Of a stretch of DNA of 64,000 bases, positions 48,301 to 59,862 are shown piece by piece; position 1 is the stretch's first letter, and every line of letters starts with the position of its first letter. Made by a program: the position numbers and the translations under genes. The stretch comes from Vitrella brassicaformis CCMP3155 (lineage: Eukaryota; Protista; Chromerida). Location of the stretch: NCBI GenBank assembly GCA_001179505.1, contig CDMY01000954.1:62001-126000 (forward strand), given 5' to 3'. Below the pieces are notes generated by a model. The model had not been told where the DNA came from, searched no databases, and worked only from the letters and a program-made list of their open reading frames with translations.

Positions 48301-49200
48301 TGCGTTTCGGCTTCAGGGGGGCAAGCGCATCATCGGGCGGATCCAGCCCAGGAACGGTAGGTGGGCGGGCCAGCGACCATAACGAGGAGAGGAGGCTGCA
48401 TCGAGGCACACCTGGCTGGCCGTCAAGATGCAGAGGAGGACAAGAAGCACCTGGAGGGCCTCTTCTTCCTCATGATGGACCCCGATGCCCAGGAGCGGCT
48501 CAAAGCGGAAGAGGTCCGCGCCATACTCGAGCAAGGAAGTGACGGAGACGACACACATCCATGTTTCTGTGTCTTCATCCAGGCTCTCAACAAGCGCAGC
48601 GACGCCTGTCTGATGTGGCTGAGAAAGCAGAAGCAGCAGGTGCTGGCGTGTGAGTCGGCCAGGCGCTTCCTCGACGCCACCGCCGTCATGAAGCTATCAG
48701 GCCGTCCTGCTCGCCTTCCGTCAAGTCAGGTTCATCACCATCGCTGTCGCTGTCATCGTCGTGCCGGGCCCCCTCATCGCACCACCCCTCCTCACCGGAT
48801 TCACCCCCATCGCTGCCCGCTCGACAACAGTCACCCACCCGGCTGACTAACAAGAAGTCTCTGGCCGCGTCCGACAGCAGCTGTGGCAGCAGTGGTGGTG
48901 GGGGCGGTGTGGGGCCACCAGCAGCGGGGCGACAGGGTGAGGGCCTGTACACTTGTATTGCTGGCCTGCCTGCCTCTCTCGCCCCCCTGCCGTCCAGTAT
49001 CTGCTAGCCATGAGGATGCCGTTTGTTCCGTGTGTGCAGCGCAAGTCGGAGACCATCGCGAGACAGCAAGGCGACAGCAATGAGCGCCGACGGCCTCTGG
49101 CGGTGGGTGACATAGTCGAGGAGGAGGACTACATGGGCGCGGCTGCCCCGCAGCATGGCATCAGGCTTCACACGGGAGTGCATCTGGACGCCCGTAGGCA
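45400..49200 (+). pseudogene. Degenerate coding-like region(s) with frameshifts and stops
   Basis: Short coding-like blocks are bounded by microsatellite introns (46970-47087, 47916-48360, 48361-48720). They change frame without splice signals, for example near 48190. Confidence 0.3.
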
Positions 49201-49848
49201 GGCAGATGAGGGATGGGGTCGAAGAATAAGGATGTCGTGGTGGAATGGTGCTTCGTCTCTCTCTCTCTCTCTCTCTGTCTGTGCGTGTGTGTGCAGCATC
49301 GGAGCCTCAGCTGACATCGTAAGCTCAGGGAATAGGAATGGCACGTGATGCTGATAGTCATGGTGTGTTGGTTCTCACTGACCTGCAGGCATCGCTCAGT
49401 ACTCGCGACGCCCAGACACCCACCATCGATAGCCGTCAGCGAAGCCGAGGAGCAAGTAAGATTGACCATACACGTACACAGTCGGTTATCCGACTTACTC
49501 TCGCTCACTCTCTCCCCTCCCTGTGTGGCTGTTGTTACTCCATCGTGCAGCAAGGATGGGCGGCTCGCCTTTTCTGCCTCCTTGGCCCCATGGCGTGGTG
49601 CTGTGGCGCCCGACAGAAGACCCCCCAGCCGATGAGTGCAGATTATGGTCAGACCCAGATATTCCTAACTGTTGGCGCACAGCGCCACACCTGACCGCTA
49701 AAGCGCTAATTCCAGGGAAGGCCCATCGCTTCCTACATTTTATATCCGTCGTCTGTTTTGGTTTCGCGGCTGTATCTTGGCTTTGTTGTTGCACCACGTG
49801 AGACATGATACATGTGAGACACACAGAGACGGGCAAGAAGCGGAGAGG

Positions 49849-50368
49849 GGGGGGGGGGGGCTGGCGCGCTGACNNNNNNNNNNNNNNNNNNNNNNNNNNN
49901 NNNNNNNNNNNNNNNNNNNNNNNNNNNNNNNNNNNNNNNNNNNNNNNNNNNNNNNNNNNNNNNNNNNNNNNNNNNNNNNNNNNNNNNNNNNNNNNNNNNN
50001 NNNNNNNNNNNNNNNNNNNNNNNNNNNNNNNNNNNNNNNNNNNNNNNNNNNNNNNNNNNNNNNNNNNNNNNNNNNNNNNNNNNNNNNNNNNNNNNNNNNN
50101 NNNNNNNNNNNNNNNNNNNNNNNNNNNNNNNNNNNNNNNNNNNNNNNNNNNNNNNNNNNNNNNNNNNNNNNNNGGGGGGGGGGGGGGCTGGCGCGCTGAC
50201 TGCATGTGTCACGGGGGGGGACGGGGCTGGCGCGCTGACTGCATGTGTCACGGGGGGGGACGGGGCTGGCGCGCTGACTGCATGTGTCACGGGGGGGGAC
50301 GGGGCTGGCGCGCTGACTGCATGTGTCACGGGGGGGGACGGGGCTGGCGCGCTGACTGCATGTGTCAC
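49849..50368. repeat. 39-bp G-rich minisatellite spanning a gap
   Basis: Unit CGGGGGGGGACGGGGCTGGCGCGCTGACTGCATGTGTCA, about five copies at 50174-50368 plus a partial copy at 49849-49873. It explains the 13-aa periodic ORFs. Confidence 0.95.
49874..50173. other. Assembly gap (300 N) in minisatellite
   Basis: Exactly 300 N. Confidence 1.
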
Positions 50369-51031
50369 GTCCAGGAAGTGAGACCACCCAAGCAGACAAC
50401 AGACACGTGTGTGTTTTTGTGTCTGCTGAATGAGACAGTCCGTGTGAATATTCGCGACGCGTGTGAGTTGAACATGTGGGGCTGGCTTATCGTGCCCTTC
50501 GTTCATTGGGAACGCTCCATCCACTTGTGTGTGTCATCTGCTTGTCCGTCCGTGTGCCTCTTTCTGTCGACTCGGTGGATGGCCAACCCCCATTGACTAG
50601 CACCAAAGGGGGTCGCTCGTCCACCGAAACAAATCGAAAGCCACACGAACGGTTGATTCAGCAGACGACAAAAACAGCGCACCCATTCCATTCGTCAAGT
50701 CGTCCGAAGGTCTACCGCCTTTAAGCCACATGTAGCACTCACTACTCGTCAAGCTGCTGTGCTGGCCTTTCTTGTCTAGACTACACCGAGTTGGCATGTC
50801 GAGTGAACCGCCATCCCGGTAGGTGCAAAGCAAAAGAGTCCTCACTCACACGCACCCCAGCACGACACTCACAGAGAAACCGACATCACATCCCTCTGGG
50901 ATTCCACTGCTACCTTCACTCATGCATGACCGAAGCGACAGACGTGGAAAAATACCCTCAGCGCTCTACACGGGCCTGGCCTGCTCATCCCGTCTGGTCT
51001 GTCTGTCTGCCAAGGTTGTCTGTCTACTCAT

Positions 51032-51699
51032 TCATTCATCCAGGACGTCAGCCTCCCCCAGTACGTCCCGCTTGGGGGAAGCCTTCGGCTCCGCCATGAC
51101 GGCAGACACGATAAGCGGACCGACGTTGTCGCCAGTGGCCTCGTTGTGCTTGGCGTGGGTGCCATCACACACAGGGAATGTACCAGACAGCCAGCACCTA
51201 GTGGCACCCACACAGTCAGAATGAATGAATGAGTAAGGCCTTCCTTCCCCAGAGTGTGTGCCTGTCATTGATTGTCACTCACCTGCAGTAGACCTTCTTC
51301 TTGCCCGTTGGGATCTTCTCCTGATGCACCACCTGCATTGCAATCAACGCCACACACAGCATAGCACAGCACAGCACACCGATGGCAGAATGAGGGAGCA
51401 TTGCTGCCCCATCTCTGATGAATGACTCGCTCACCTTGGGGCTCTCCGGGTCGACTGAGAGATTGATTTTGCCTGGTCCTTCGACAGACATCTGCAGAGC
51501 ACTGGCGCATCTGCAAAAGACCACACACAGCTCTCATGATTGGATCTGCGCAGGTGTGCCGCCGCATTCACGATACTGCCCACCTGTTTCTCGCCCTCAG
51601 TGATGAGGGCATCTGCCCTAGAAAGCCGGGCGACGGCGCGAAGGCGCGTGTGAGGCCGAGGACACAAGATGCGAGAGCGAGTGCGCACAGCAGCTTCAT
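51032..51699 (-). CDS. CDGSH iron-sulfur (NEET) protein with bipartite plastid-targeting presequence; 4 exons
   Basis: Spliced product [39 protein letters not shown]|[25 protein letters not shown]|[17 protein letters not shown]|[30 protein letters not shown]. It has the 3Cys-1His C-x-C-x2-S-x3-P-x-C-D-G-(S/T)-H motif. No single ORF in the supplied track shows it. Confidence 0.92.
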
Positions 51700-51949
51700 G
51701 GGCAGATCTGCCTCCAAATTCAGAGCCTCAAGAGCCTACAAAGTTGCGTTTTTCCTTACAGTCGTTTGGAGAGCTCGCAAAAGCAGTCTTAGCTCGCGAA
51801 AAGGGGATGGGAGGAGCGAGGATGACAAGAGAAGGGTGCCGACAGACGGCAGAGTCCGAGTAGGCAAGCTCGGCAACGGTGATCTCCAGTCGAGTCGCAG
51901 GGATCCACAGCAGTCACTTACTAAACTGGAGTCGAGTCGAGTCAGCATC
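51700..51949. promoter_or_regulatory. Putative bidirectional promoter (NEET / acetolactate synthase)
   Basis: Divergent ATGs lie 250 bp apart. Confidence 0.45.
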
Positions 51950-54900
51950 ATGGATGGGTGCCCAGCCGTCCGCCTGGACGCCCTCATCTCCCTCTCCCTC
52001 ATACTCAGCTGCCTACACTCTCTCTTGGGCACCCTGTGCGAGGCGGCCGTCCCGCCACGCAACAGGCCACCTACAGCAGCCGATGCGGCCGCACCCCTCC
52101 CTCACACACGCAGGAAGACCACCTTCCTGACACCGCCAATCGCTAGAGGTGCGGCCAACCGGCGTCTCACCCGTCTTGGCATGACCCCTCCACCTCGGCC
52201 AGATGCGACACAGACGGCCCCGCCACGCGAGATGGCCGAGTCGATTGCCGATGCCAAGTCATTGCTCGGCCCGTTCGGCTACCCCAATGGGTCTGATGAG
52301 GGCCACACGGCAGCCAGCAGGGGCACCCGCATCAACGGCCACGAGGACAAACATGCCAAGCGGAAGGAGGCCCTGGGTGCGGCAGCTGCTGCAGGAGGCC
52401 ACAGCCTGGCGGCTTTGCAGCGGCTGGCCCGTCTGAGTGGCGAGCTCAAGGAGACGGAGGCTCTGGATAGTCTTCGCACGCTCGCCAACACGTTGACTGA
52501 GATGAAAGATCTGCTGCGGTCGCCATCTCTGCGGCAGATACTGAGCAACGACCGGGCGGCAAAGGCGCTGAGGGAGTTTCTGAGTGCCTTCGAGGGGCCC
52601 GTGACGGGTTCTTTGTACGATTTGATCGACAAATTCGAAGACGATGTTGTGCAGGAGTGTTACCGTGAATTAAGGGAGGTCCTACGAGCGCCCGAGACGG
52701 TGATCCCTTCCCCGGAGGAGAGGGAGGGGTATGTGCAGCTGAGTGGGGGTGAGATAGTGACGGCCATGCTCAAGCGGCACGGCGTGGAGGCTGTGTTTGG
52801 GTACTCTGGGGGGGCTGTGCTGCCGCTGCTGGATTCTTTCTATGGCAACGACATCAAGTGGTACATGTCCACCCACGAGCAGTGTGCGGGCCACGCTGCC
52901 ATGGGGGTTGCCAAATCAACCGGTGCGCGACAAGCAGATCTGGGAGTGGAGTGGAGTCTTAAGGGGCACGTGCTCGTGTGTGTGTGTTCGTGTGTGCGCG
53001 TGTGATGTGCAGGCAAGGTCGGTGTGGCTGTGGTGACGTCTGGGCCAGGTCTGACCAACCTCATCACCCCCCTGCAGGACGCAATCGGCGATGGAGTCCC
53101 ACTCGTCGGTAAGACCACACCACGATGTCACCACGACCACTGCCTTCATGTGTTGGTTGTGTGTGTGCCTGCCTGCCTGCCTGCCTGTGTGTATGCGTCA
53201 GTGTTCTCTGGCCAGGTGCCGACTGGTGCGATAGGCAGCGACGCCTTCCAGGAGTGCCCTGCCTGTGCGCTGACCAAACCCTGCACCAAATGGAACTTCA
53301 GAGCTGAGAAGGTCGAGGACCTGCCATGGGTGAGTGCAGAATGCTTCCTCCTGCACCACACAAGCACCCCTGCACTGTCCTGTCTGTGTATTGTCCAATC
53401 AGGCGGTGGAGCAGGCCTTCCGCATCGCCACCAGCGGCCGCCCCGGCCCGGTGCATATCGACCTGCCCAAGGACATCTCGTCCGGAAAGGTATGGCTGCC
53501 CAAGTCGTTCCTCGAGGGCGAGCTGCCCGAGGAGATCAAGATGGAGACCTTCCAGTGGAGGAAGCCGCTGGTGGACGTGCAGCAGATACAGCAGCTGGCG
53601 CACCTCATTAACCAGGCCAAGAGGCCCGTCTTGTATGTGGGTCAGGGGGCCGTCGGTGCGGCCGACCAAGTGAGGGAGCTCGCTGCCAAGGCGTCGATAC
53701 CGGTGAGATGCGACGGAGGGGGGAGAGAGACCGACAGCACATGACGGAATGTGTGTGAGGCTTGTGGTGGGTGCAGGTGGCGACGACGATCCACGGAATG
53801 GGTGTGTTTGACGAGGAGGACCCTTTGAGCCTCCACATGCTGGGGATGCACGGGTCGGCCTACGGCAACCTGGCCATACAAAAGGCAGACCTCGTCATCG
53901 CTATGGGCAGCAGATTCGACGACAGAACCACCGGCATACTCAACAAATACGCACCAGAGGTACGTCACACACACACACAGAGAGAGAGCCCATGTGCATG
54001 GTGACATGTGTGTGTGTTGTGTGTTGGTCAGGCGAAGGCTGCGGCAGAGAGGGGGGAGGGCGGGATAGTTCATGTGGATATCGAGAAGAAGCAGTTCGGC
54101 AAGAGCGGCGTGGCACCGCACATGGCCGTCCATGGCGACTGCAAAGACGTCATTGAGGTACGTGTGTGCGATGACGAAGCGAGGCCCAACACATCGCAAC
54201 AAGACACCTGCCTGTGTTGCCTGTGTGTGTATGTGTGTGTGTGTCATTTCAGGCACTGTTGCCCTTGGTTGAGCGTCATGACCGCGACGAGTGGCTGCAG
54301 CAGTGCCGGCAGTGGAAGGCCGACATACCGTTCAGGTGGATACCCCCAGAGGGCAACCAAATCAAGGTCCAGCAGGTCATCGACGCCATCCACAGGTGAT
54401 TAACAATGAAGAACGGAGGACGGAACGAAACATCCAAACACCCACCCATGTGTGTGTCCTGTGCTCATCGGCGGCTCGTCAGGAAATCGACGGAGCTGCT
54501 GCCGCCCGACGTGCGTGAGAAGATGATCTTCACGACAGGTGTGGGCAACCACCAGATGATGACGGCGCAGTTCATCCGGTGGCGGCGGCCGCGGTCGATG
54601 CTGACGTCGGGCAGCTTAGGGGTCATGGGGGTGGGGCTGCCCTACGCCATCGGGGCCCAGGTGGCCAACCCCGACAGCATGGTGGTGCTCATCGATGGGG
54701 ACGGGTCGTTCAACATGAGCTTGATGGACTTGAAGACGGTGGCCAACTACAAGCTGCCCATCAAGATTGCCATCATGAACGACGACAGGCAGCAGGTCGG
54801 CTTGAGGATGGATGAGCCGCGGAGGGGCAGATGTGGATAAATGTGTGGATCTCTCTGTGTATGGGTGCGTGTGTCAGATGGTGTGGATATGGCAAAAGCT

Positions 54901-55352
54901 GTTTTTCGGCGAGCGGTACATCTCCACGACCAACAACAACCCCGACTTTGTTGCCCTCGCCAAGGCGTACGGCATCGATGCAATCTCATGCGACAACTCC
55001 GGTGAGCCAGACAGACAGAGAGGGAAGGAAGGACGCTCAGACACGTTGATACATGTGTCTTGTCTTGTGTGTGCCGGTTTCTGCAGATGACTTGGATGGC
55101 GTGATAGAGAAGTGGCTGACGCATGAGGGGCCGATGGTGGTCGACTTCCGTGTCGTCCCCGACATATGCCTGCCTATGGTCCAGGTGACCAAACACACAC
55201 AGACCCACACTATCGCGCACACGCCTTCTGTGTTTCTGTCTGTCTTGTGGTGGTTTGTGTCGTCCATCCATCAGCCCGGCAAGGCGTTGGACGAGATGCT
55301 GCTGCATCCTGACGAAGCCAACAAACCCATGGAGGGACTAGCACCATCATAG
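51950..55352 (+). CDS. ilvB: Acetolactate synthase (AHAS) catalytic subunit with signal + transit peptide and long N-terminal extension
   Basis: LSGGEIV, VFGYSGGAVLP, HEQCAGHAA, VVTSGPGLTN, GQVP..AIGSDAFQE, GRPGPVHIDLPKD, MLGMHGSAYGN, GSRFDDRTTG, TGVGNHQM, SGSLGVMGVGLPYAIGA, TPP motif IDGDGSFNMS...MND, and NPDFVALAKAYG. Confidence 0.96.
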
Positions 55353-55399
55353 ACAGACAGACGGACAGACACGTGAGCACCTTCGTAGCCACCTACCTA

Positions 55400-56472
55400 G
55401 CTGGCGAAAGGAGCAGGCAACAAGAGCTGGTTTTTTCCTGCCGTCGTGACGACCAACGCCCAACGTTGCTTTTGATCTTCTGACTTACTTCCTTCTGGTT
55501 TGTGTATGTGGTGGCTCCCTCTCTCCCTCCCTCTGCACGTTGATTGGTGGATGGGCTGATGGATTGATGGAAGTGTCTCATAATATGCGAGACACGTGCC
55601 TAGTTGTGTGCTGGGGTGGGGTGTGCTCCCTTGCATCGATGACTTAGATACATAGAGGGTGTGGGTGGGTGACATGGATGATTTTGTAGAGGGAGGGACA
55701 GACAGGAGCAGGAGGGGAAGGGAACGGATCAGTCAGCGGGCCTGTGTTGTGTTGTGTATGTCCTGTCGGGGGGCTGCGTAAGTGGGCCGTTTTGGAGTGT
55801 CGGTTGACGCATGCATACTGAGTTGTCGAGGACAGACGGAATGTCGGAGTGTCGGTCGCGGAAAGTGTCGGCTATTTGTCAGCTATCTACCGAGTCACCG
55901 GCAGACATACACACACTGACTGAGTGGAGGACTCTTTAAGCCCTTAACCCAATGATTCCCTGTCTGTCTGTTTTTCGACACACACCAAACACAACGGTGT
56001 GTGTGTGTGTGTGAGTGTGTCTGGTCGACCACACATACGGACCATTGACGACTGAGTGCGTATACATGGGGGATGGTGGCTAGCACAGCCCTAGCCTCCC
56101 CCCTGCCTCTCTCTCTTCCCAGCTAGCTGTACAGCGGTGCCCTCGGTGTCTGTCTCTCCCCCCCNNNNNNNNNNNNNNNNNNNNNNNNNNNNNNNNNNNN
56201 NNNNNNNNNNNNNNNNNNNNNNNNNNNNNNNNNNNNNNNNNNNNNNNNNNNNNNNNNNNNNNNNNNNNNNNNNNNNNNNNNNNNNNNNNNNNNNNNNNNN
56301 NNNNNNNNNNNNNNNNNNNNNNNNNNNNNNNNNNNNNNNNNNNNNNNNNNNNNNNNNNNNNNNNNNNNNNNNNNNNNNNNNNNNNNNNNNNNNNNNNNNN
56401 NNNNNNNNNNNNNNNNNNNNNNNNNNNNNNNNNNNNNNNNNNNNNNNNNNNNNNNNNNNNNNNNCCCCCCCC

Positions 56473-56503
<31 letters not shown>

Positions 56504-58250
56504 GTGTGTGAGTGCGATCGATTCTCTTATTCTTTTCCGCCCCCAGGCAGGGTCCATATCGGATCGCGAGGGCAGCATTTTTGTGGCGTTGTGTGACGTG
56601 CGTCGCGTCCATCCAACGAATATGGATTGGATTCATGTGTGCGCAAGTGGACAGACATCCATGTCTTTCGGTACATAGACCCATACCATGCGCACATGTC
56701 ATGGCTTATGCAGCGTGGCTGATGGATGATGCGCCCTTGCCCATGTTATCTATCTATGTTGCCCATATGTGTGTGCGGCAGAAACGCATTGAAAATGACA
56801 GCGGTTCACTGATGTGATCTTCCATCCACTGATCGGTGTCTTCACTATCCATCCATCCATTCATCCAGTCATCTCACTGATCGGCGGCCGTCGTCCGGCC
56901 GGCAGTGGTGAAGGCACACGCACTGTGCTGTGCGGGTATGTCTGTACCCGCACCCTTCACCTCACTCGCCAAACCGGCGGTGCGCCGTGCTTCCATCCAC
57001 CTCACTCACAGGCAGGCAGGCAGACATCCAGACAGACAGGCGGAGAGAAAAGGGTAGCCAGGCAGCCACACGTATGAGAGTGCGCAGGAGAAAACGACGC
57101 CCAAACTAGGCAGGCAGGCAGGCAGACCATCCAGGACAGGAGTCCGGCCGCGTTCACTCGCACCCCCCTCCCCCGATCCCATCCCTACTACTGACTTCCT
57201 TCCAGTCTGTCTGTCTGACCAAGAGAGCGCCCACTCACTCACCCACCCGTGGCACGCCCCATGTGGATGGCACTTGCACCATCCCCCTCATTCATACAAA
57301 TACATAACACGCACTCATACACAGAGGAGGGAGGGAGGAAGGGAGGTACATAGTCGCCACCCTCCCCCCACCCCCCACCCCTCTCCCTTAGTCGCACAAC
57401 AAGAAACGACAACTGAACAGACAGACAGGCAGGCAGGCAGGCAGACGGCAAGTGAAATCCCAATGGTAGGCATCGATCAATGTCATTGTCATTCCACTTG
57501 CCGGTCGCCCCGCGTCAACAGCTCAATGGAAAAGATGAAGAGAACCCTAATTGGAGCCCACCCTCCCTGTCTTTGGTGTGTTGTGTCAGCGCCGTGCCCT
57601 GACTCTCTCTTTCTCTCTCCCTCTCTCGACTTAGACCAAATCCACCCATCCATCCATCCATTCATTCATCCAATGTGCCGACCCGCCCCGCCCGCATACA
57701 TACAAACAATGACAAGAATGACTGTGGACTGGACAGACAGACAGACAGACAGACCCTGACTGACTGCCATACACACAACCATACAGATCACATGCATCCC
57801 CAGCCATCCATCGCCGCTAGAAAAGTGAACTCCCTTCAATCCAACATTACATTCAATCAGTCAACTCAGTTGTGTGTCGCTTATTCTTTCAAAAGTGATT
57901 GATGTATACAACTCTTGATCCATCCATCCATCCACCATGTTAGCCATCCATCCAGTTAGCCATTCATGCGGCCGGTCGGTCAGGCAAACAGACCACCGAC
58001 CACCAACCATCTCTTCAATGAAGGAACAGATGGTTGGGTGGCCGGGCAGGCAGGAAAATGCCGAAAGGCCTCACCCATCATATGCCCTCCCACACCCCAC
58101 TCCCTACTGAGATGAGTCGCCCACTCAGGAAGCATTCACACGCTGTCCAGAAGACAGGAAGACGCATGAACGAGCCCCCAGTGGCCACTGAGCCAGGAGG
58201 AAGAGATTGCTGGTGTGTTAAGAGGGAGGGGTGTGTGTGTGTGTGGGTGG
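55400..58250. repeat. Microsatellite-rich intergenic region ((CATC)n, (CAGG)n, (CAGA)n, (CT)n, poly-C)
   Basis: Dense simple repeats, no coding-like ORF, one gap. Confidence 0.7.
56165..56464. other. Assembly gap (300 N) in poly-C tract
   Basis: Exactly 300 N, with C-runs on both sides. Confidence 1.
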
Positions 58251-58266
58251 GTGAAGGTTTGTGTGT

Positions 58267-59611
58267 CTATGTGAAGACCCTGAGGTGGTCCTTGACCTCG
58301 TATCGGCACTTGGGGCACTGGGGCCGCTCTGACTCGCCGTCCACTCCCTCGAGGCTGCTCGCGTCCTGATCTCTCACACACACATCATCAATGTCGGTCT
58401 GGTGGTGTCTGTATTTCCGTGTGTGTGCCTCTCACGTTGCAGAGTTTCTCGTAGCAGTCCTCACACAGTACAAAATGATTGCCTGCGCCAGACAGACACA
58501 AGACAACAAAGCAACACAACACATCTCATCTCAGCTCAGCTGGTGACCCTTGTGGGTGTGCGTGTGTGTGCGTGTGGCAGCCAGACGGCCTACATGGTCG
58601 CAGGAGGATGGCGCGTTCCTTCTCCATGCACACTAAACAAATCAGCCGCCTGCAACGATCCAAACACAGCAACAAACAGAGGCAACACACTCATCAATCA
58701 CGTCGGCTCCCCTTCCCCTCCCCCTCCTCCGTCTCTGCCCCGCTTAGCTTACTTTTCTTCCTCGACGAGGTGTTCTGCCTGTGGTGCGACCCTCATGCGC
58801 CTGTCGAGCTGGTCCTCCTTGGGGATCTGGAACGCCTGTGGCTGCGGCAGGTAGCTCTTGGGGCGATTCTGCTCCAGCTCCTCCATCCCGTGAGCCCAAC
58901 GGCAGCGGGAATTGTCGCAGCCACCTGCACACACCCACACACGCCCACATCAACACAGACAGCCAGGTGGTGGGATGATGTGTTGTGGATGTGTGTGATC
59001 GGCTGACCTCTGAGCCACGCCTTGCAGAGGACCTTTTTCTGGAACACCGGTGTGGCGCGGAGCTCCTCCTTCGAGTGGGCATAGCCGCACCGTACCTTGT
59101 GACACTGACCATACTGCAGCCAGCAGACAAACAAACAGCACAACCAACCAACAATCCACATACTGCATGCCGGCGTCGGGGGTCCACCGTGTGCGGGCAG
59201 CTCACTCACCGTCATGAGGACAGGGCAGAGTGCAGTGCCTCTGAGGTCGGGAGGTCCCCGCTGCTCCTCAGGCCCATGCGCAAACCGACAGTTGGCGCCG
59301 AGAGTGCACTTGCCCAGACGGTACCACCGGCAGATGCTGCAGGAACACGCACAGTCACAGGTACCACACAACACACACGTTCCCTCCTCATCGAGACACC
59401 CCGCGCATCAGCCTCTCCTTCGTCCTGTCTGCCTCCGTGTCTCATTTATCGATCCATCCGTTGCCCTCCCCCCTGCCGCTGACCTAGTTTTGTAGAATTG
59501 CCGGTGGTAGAGGGCTCGGAACGTCGAGGACGGCTCCATGCCATCGTAGGAGTGAGGGCGGCCAGCGTAAGGGGGGTGTGGGTTCGGCGTCATCATCTGA
59601 CCGTGCGCCAT
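58267..59611 (-). CDS. Four CCCH zinc fingers plus C-terminal C3HC4 RING (RNA-binding E3 ligase architecture)
   Basis: FYKTR|ICRWYRLGKCTLGANCRFAH, LCPVLMT|YGQCHKVRCGYAH and LCKAWLR|GGCDNSRCRWAH. The second and third motifs together with the first make up the CCCH set as reconstructed. Three small exons missed by the ORF track then give RLICLVCMEKERAILLRP|CNHFVLCEDCYEKLCN|DASS...CPKCRYEVKDHLRVFT*, with phases checked. Confidence 0.85.
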
Positions 59612-59862
59612 AAGTACTGACTGTTGCCTGCTTGACTAACAAAACTGGTTCACCGACCGACCGACCGATGCCGCTCCCTGTCGGACGCCGCGTCACAACT
59701 GCATCGGTCCTCCCTGCAAAGTGCGAGCTTCCAAGGAAGCTCGCAAGTCGCGCTAGGACACTGCGTGAAACTGCTCGCTCCATCAGCTGCCCCGAGAGGG
59801 TGAAAGATCTGGGGTCCCATTCGTTGCTGCATCTTTCCTGTCTGTTGTCTTGTCAGTTCTAC

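Noticed and set aside
49849-50368. CRISPR-like array, or a 13-aa repeat protein (THAVSAPAPSPPV)
   Set aside because: The units are contiguous with no spacers, there are no cas genes, and the context is eukaryotic. The ORFs are by-products of the 39-bp period and the N-run.
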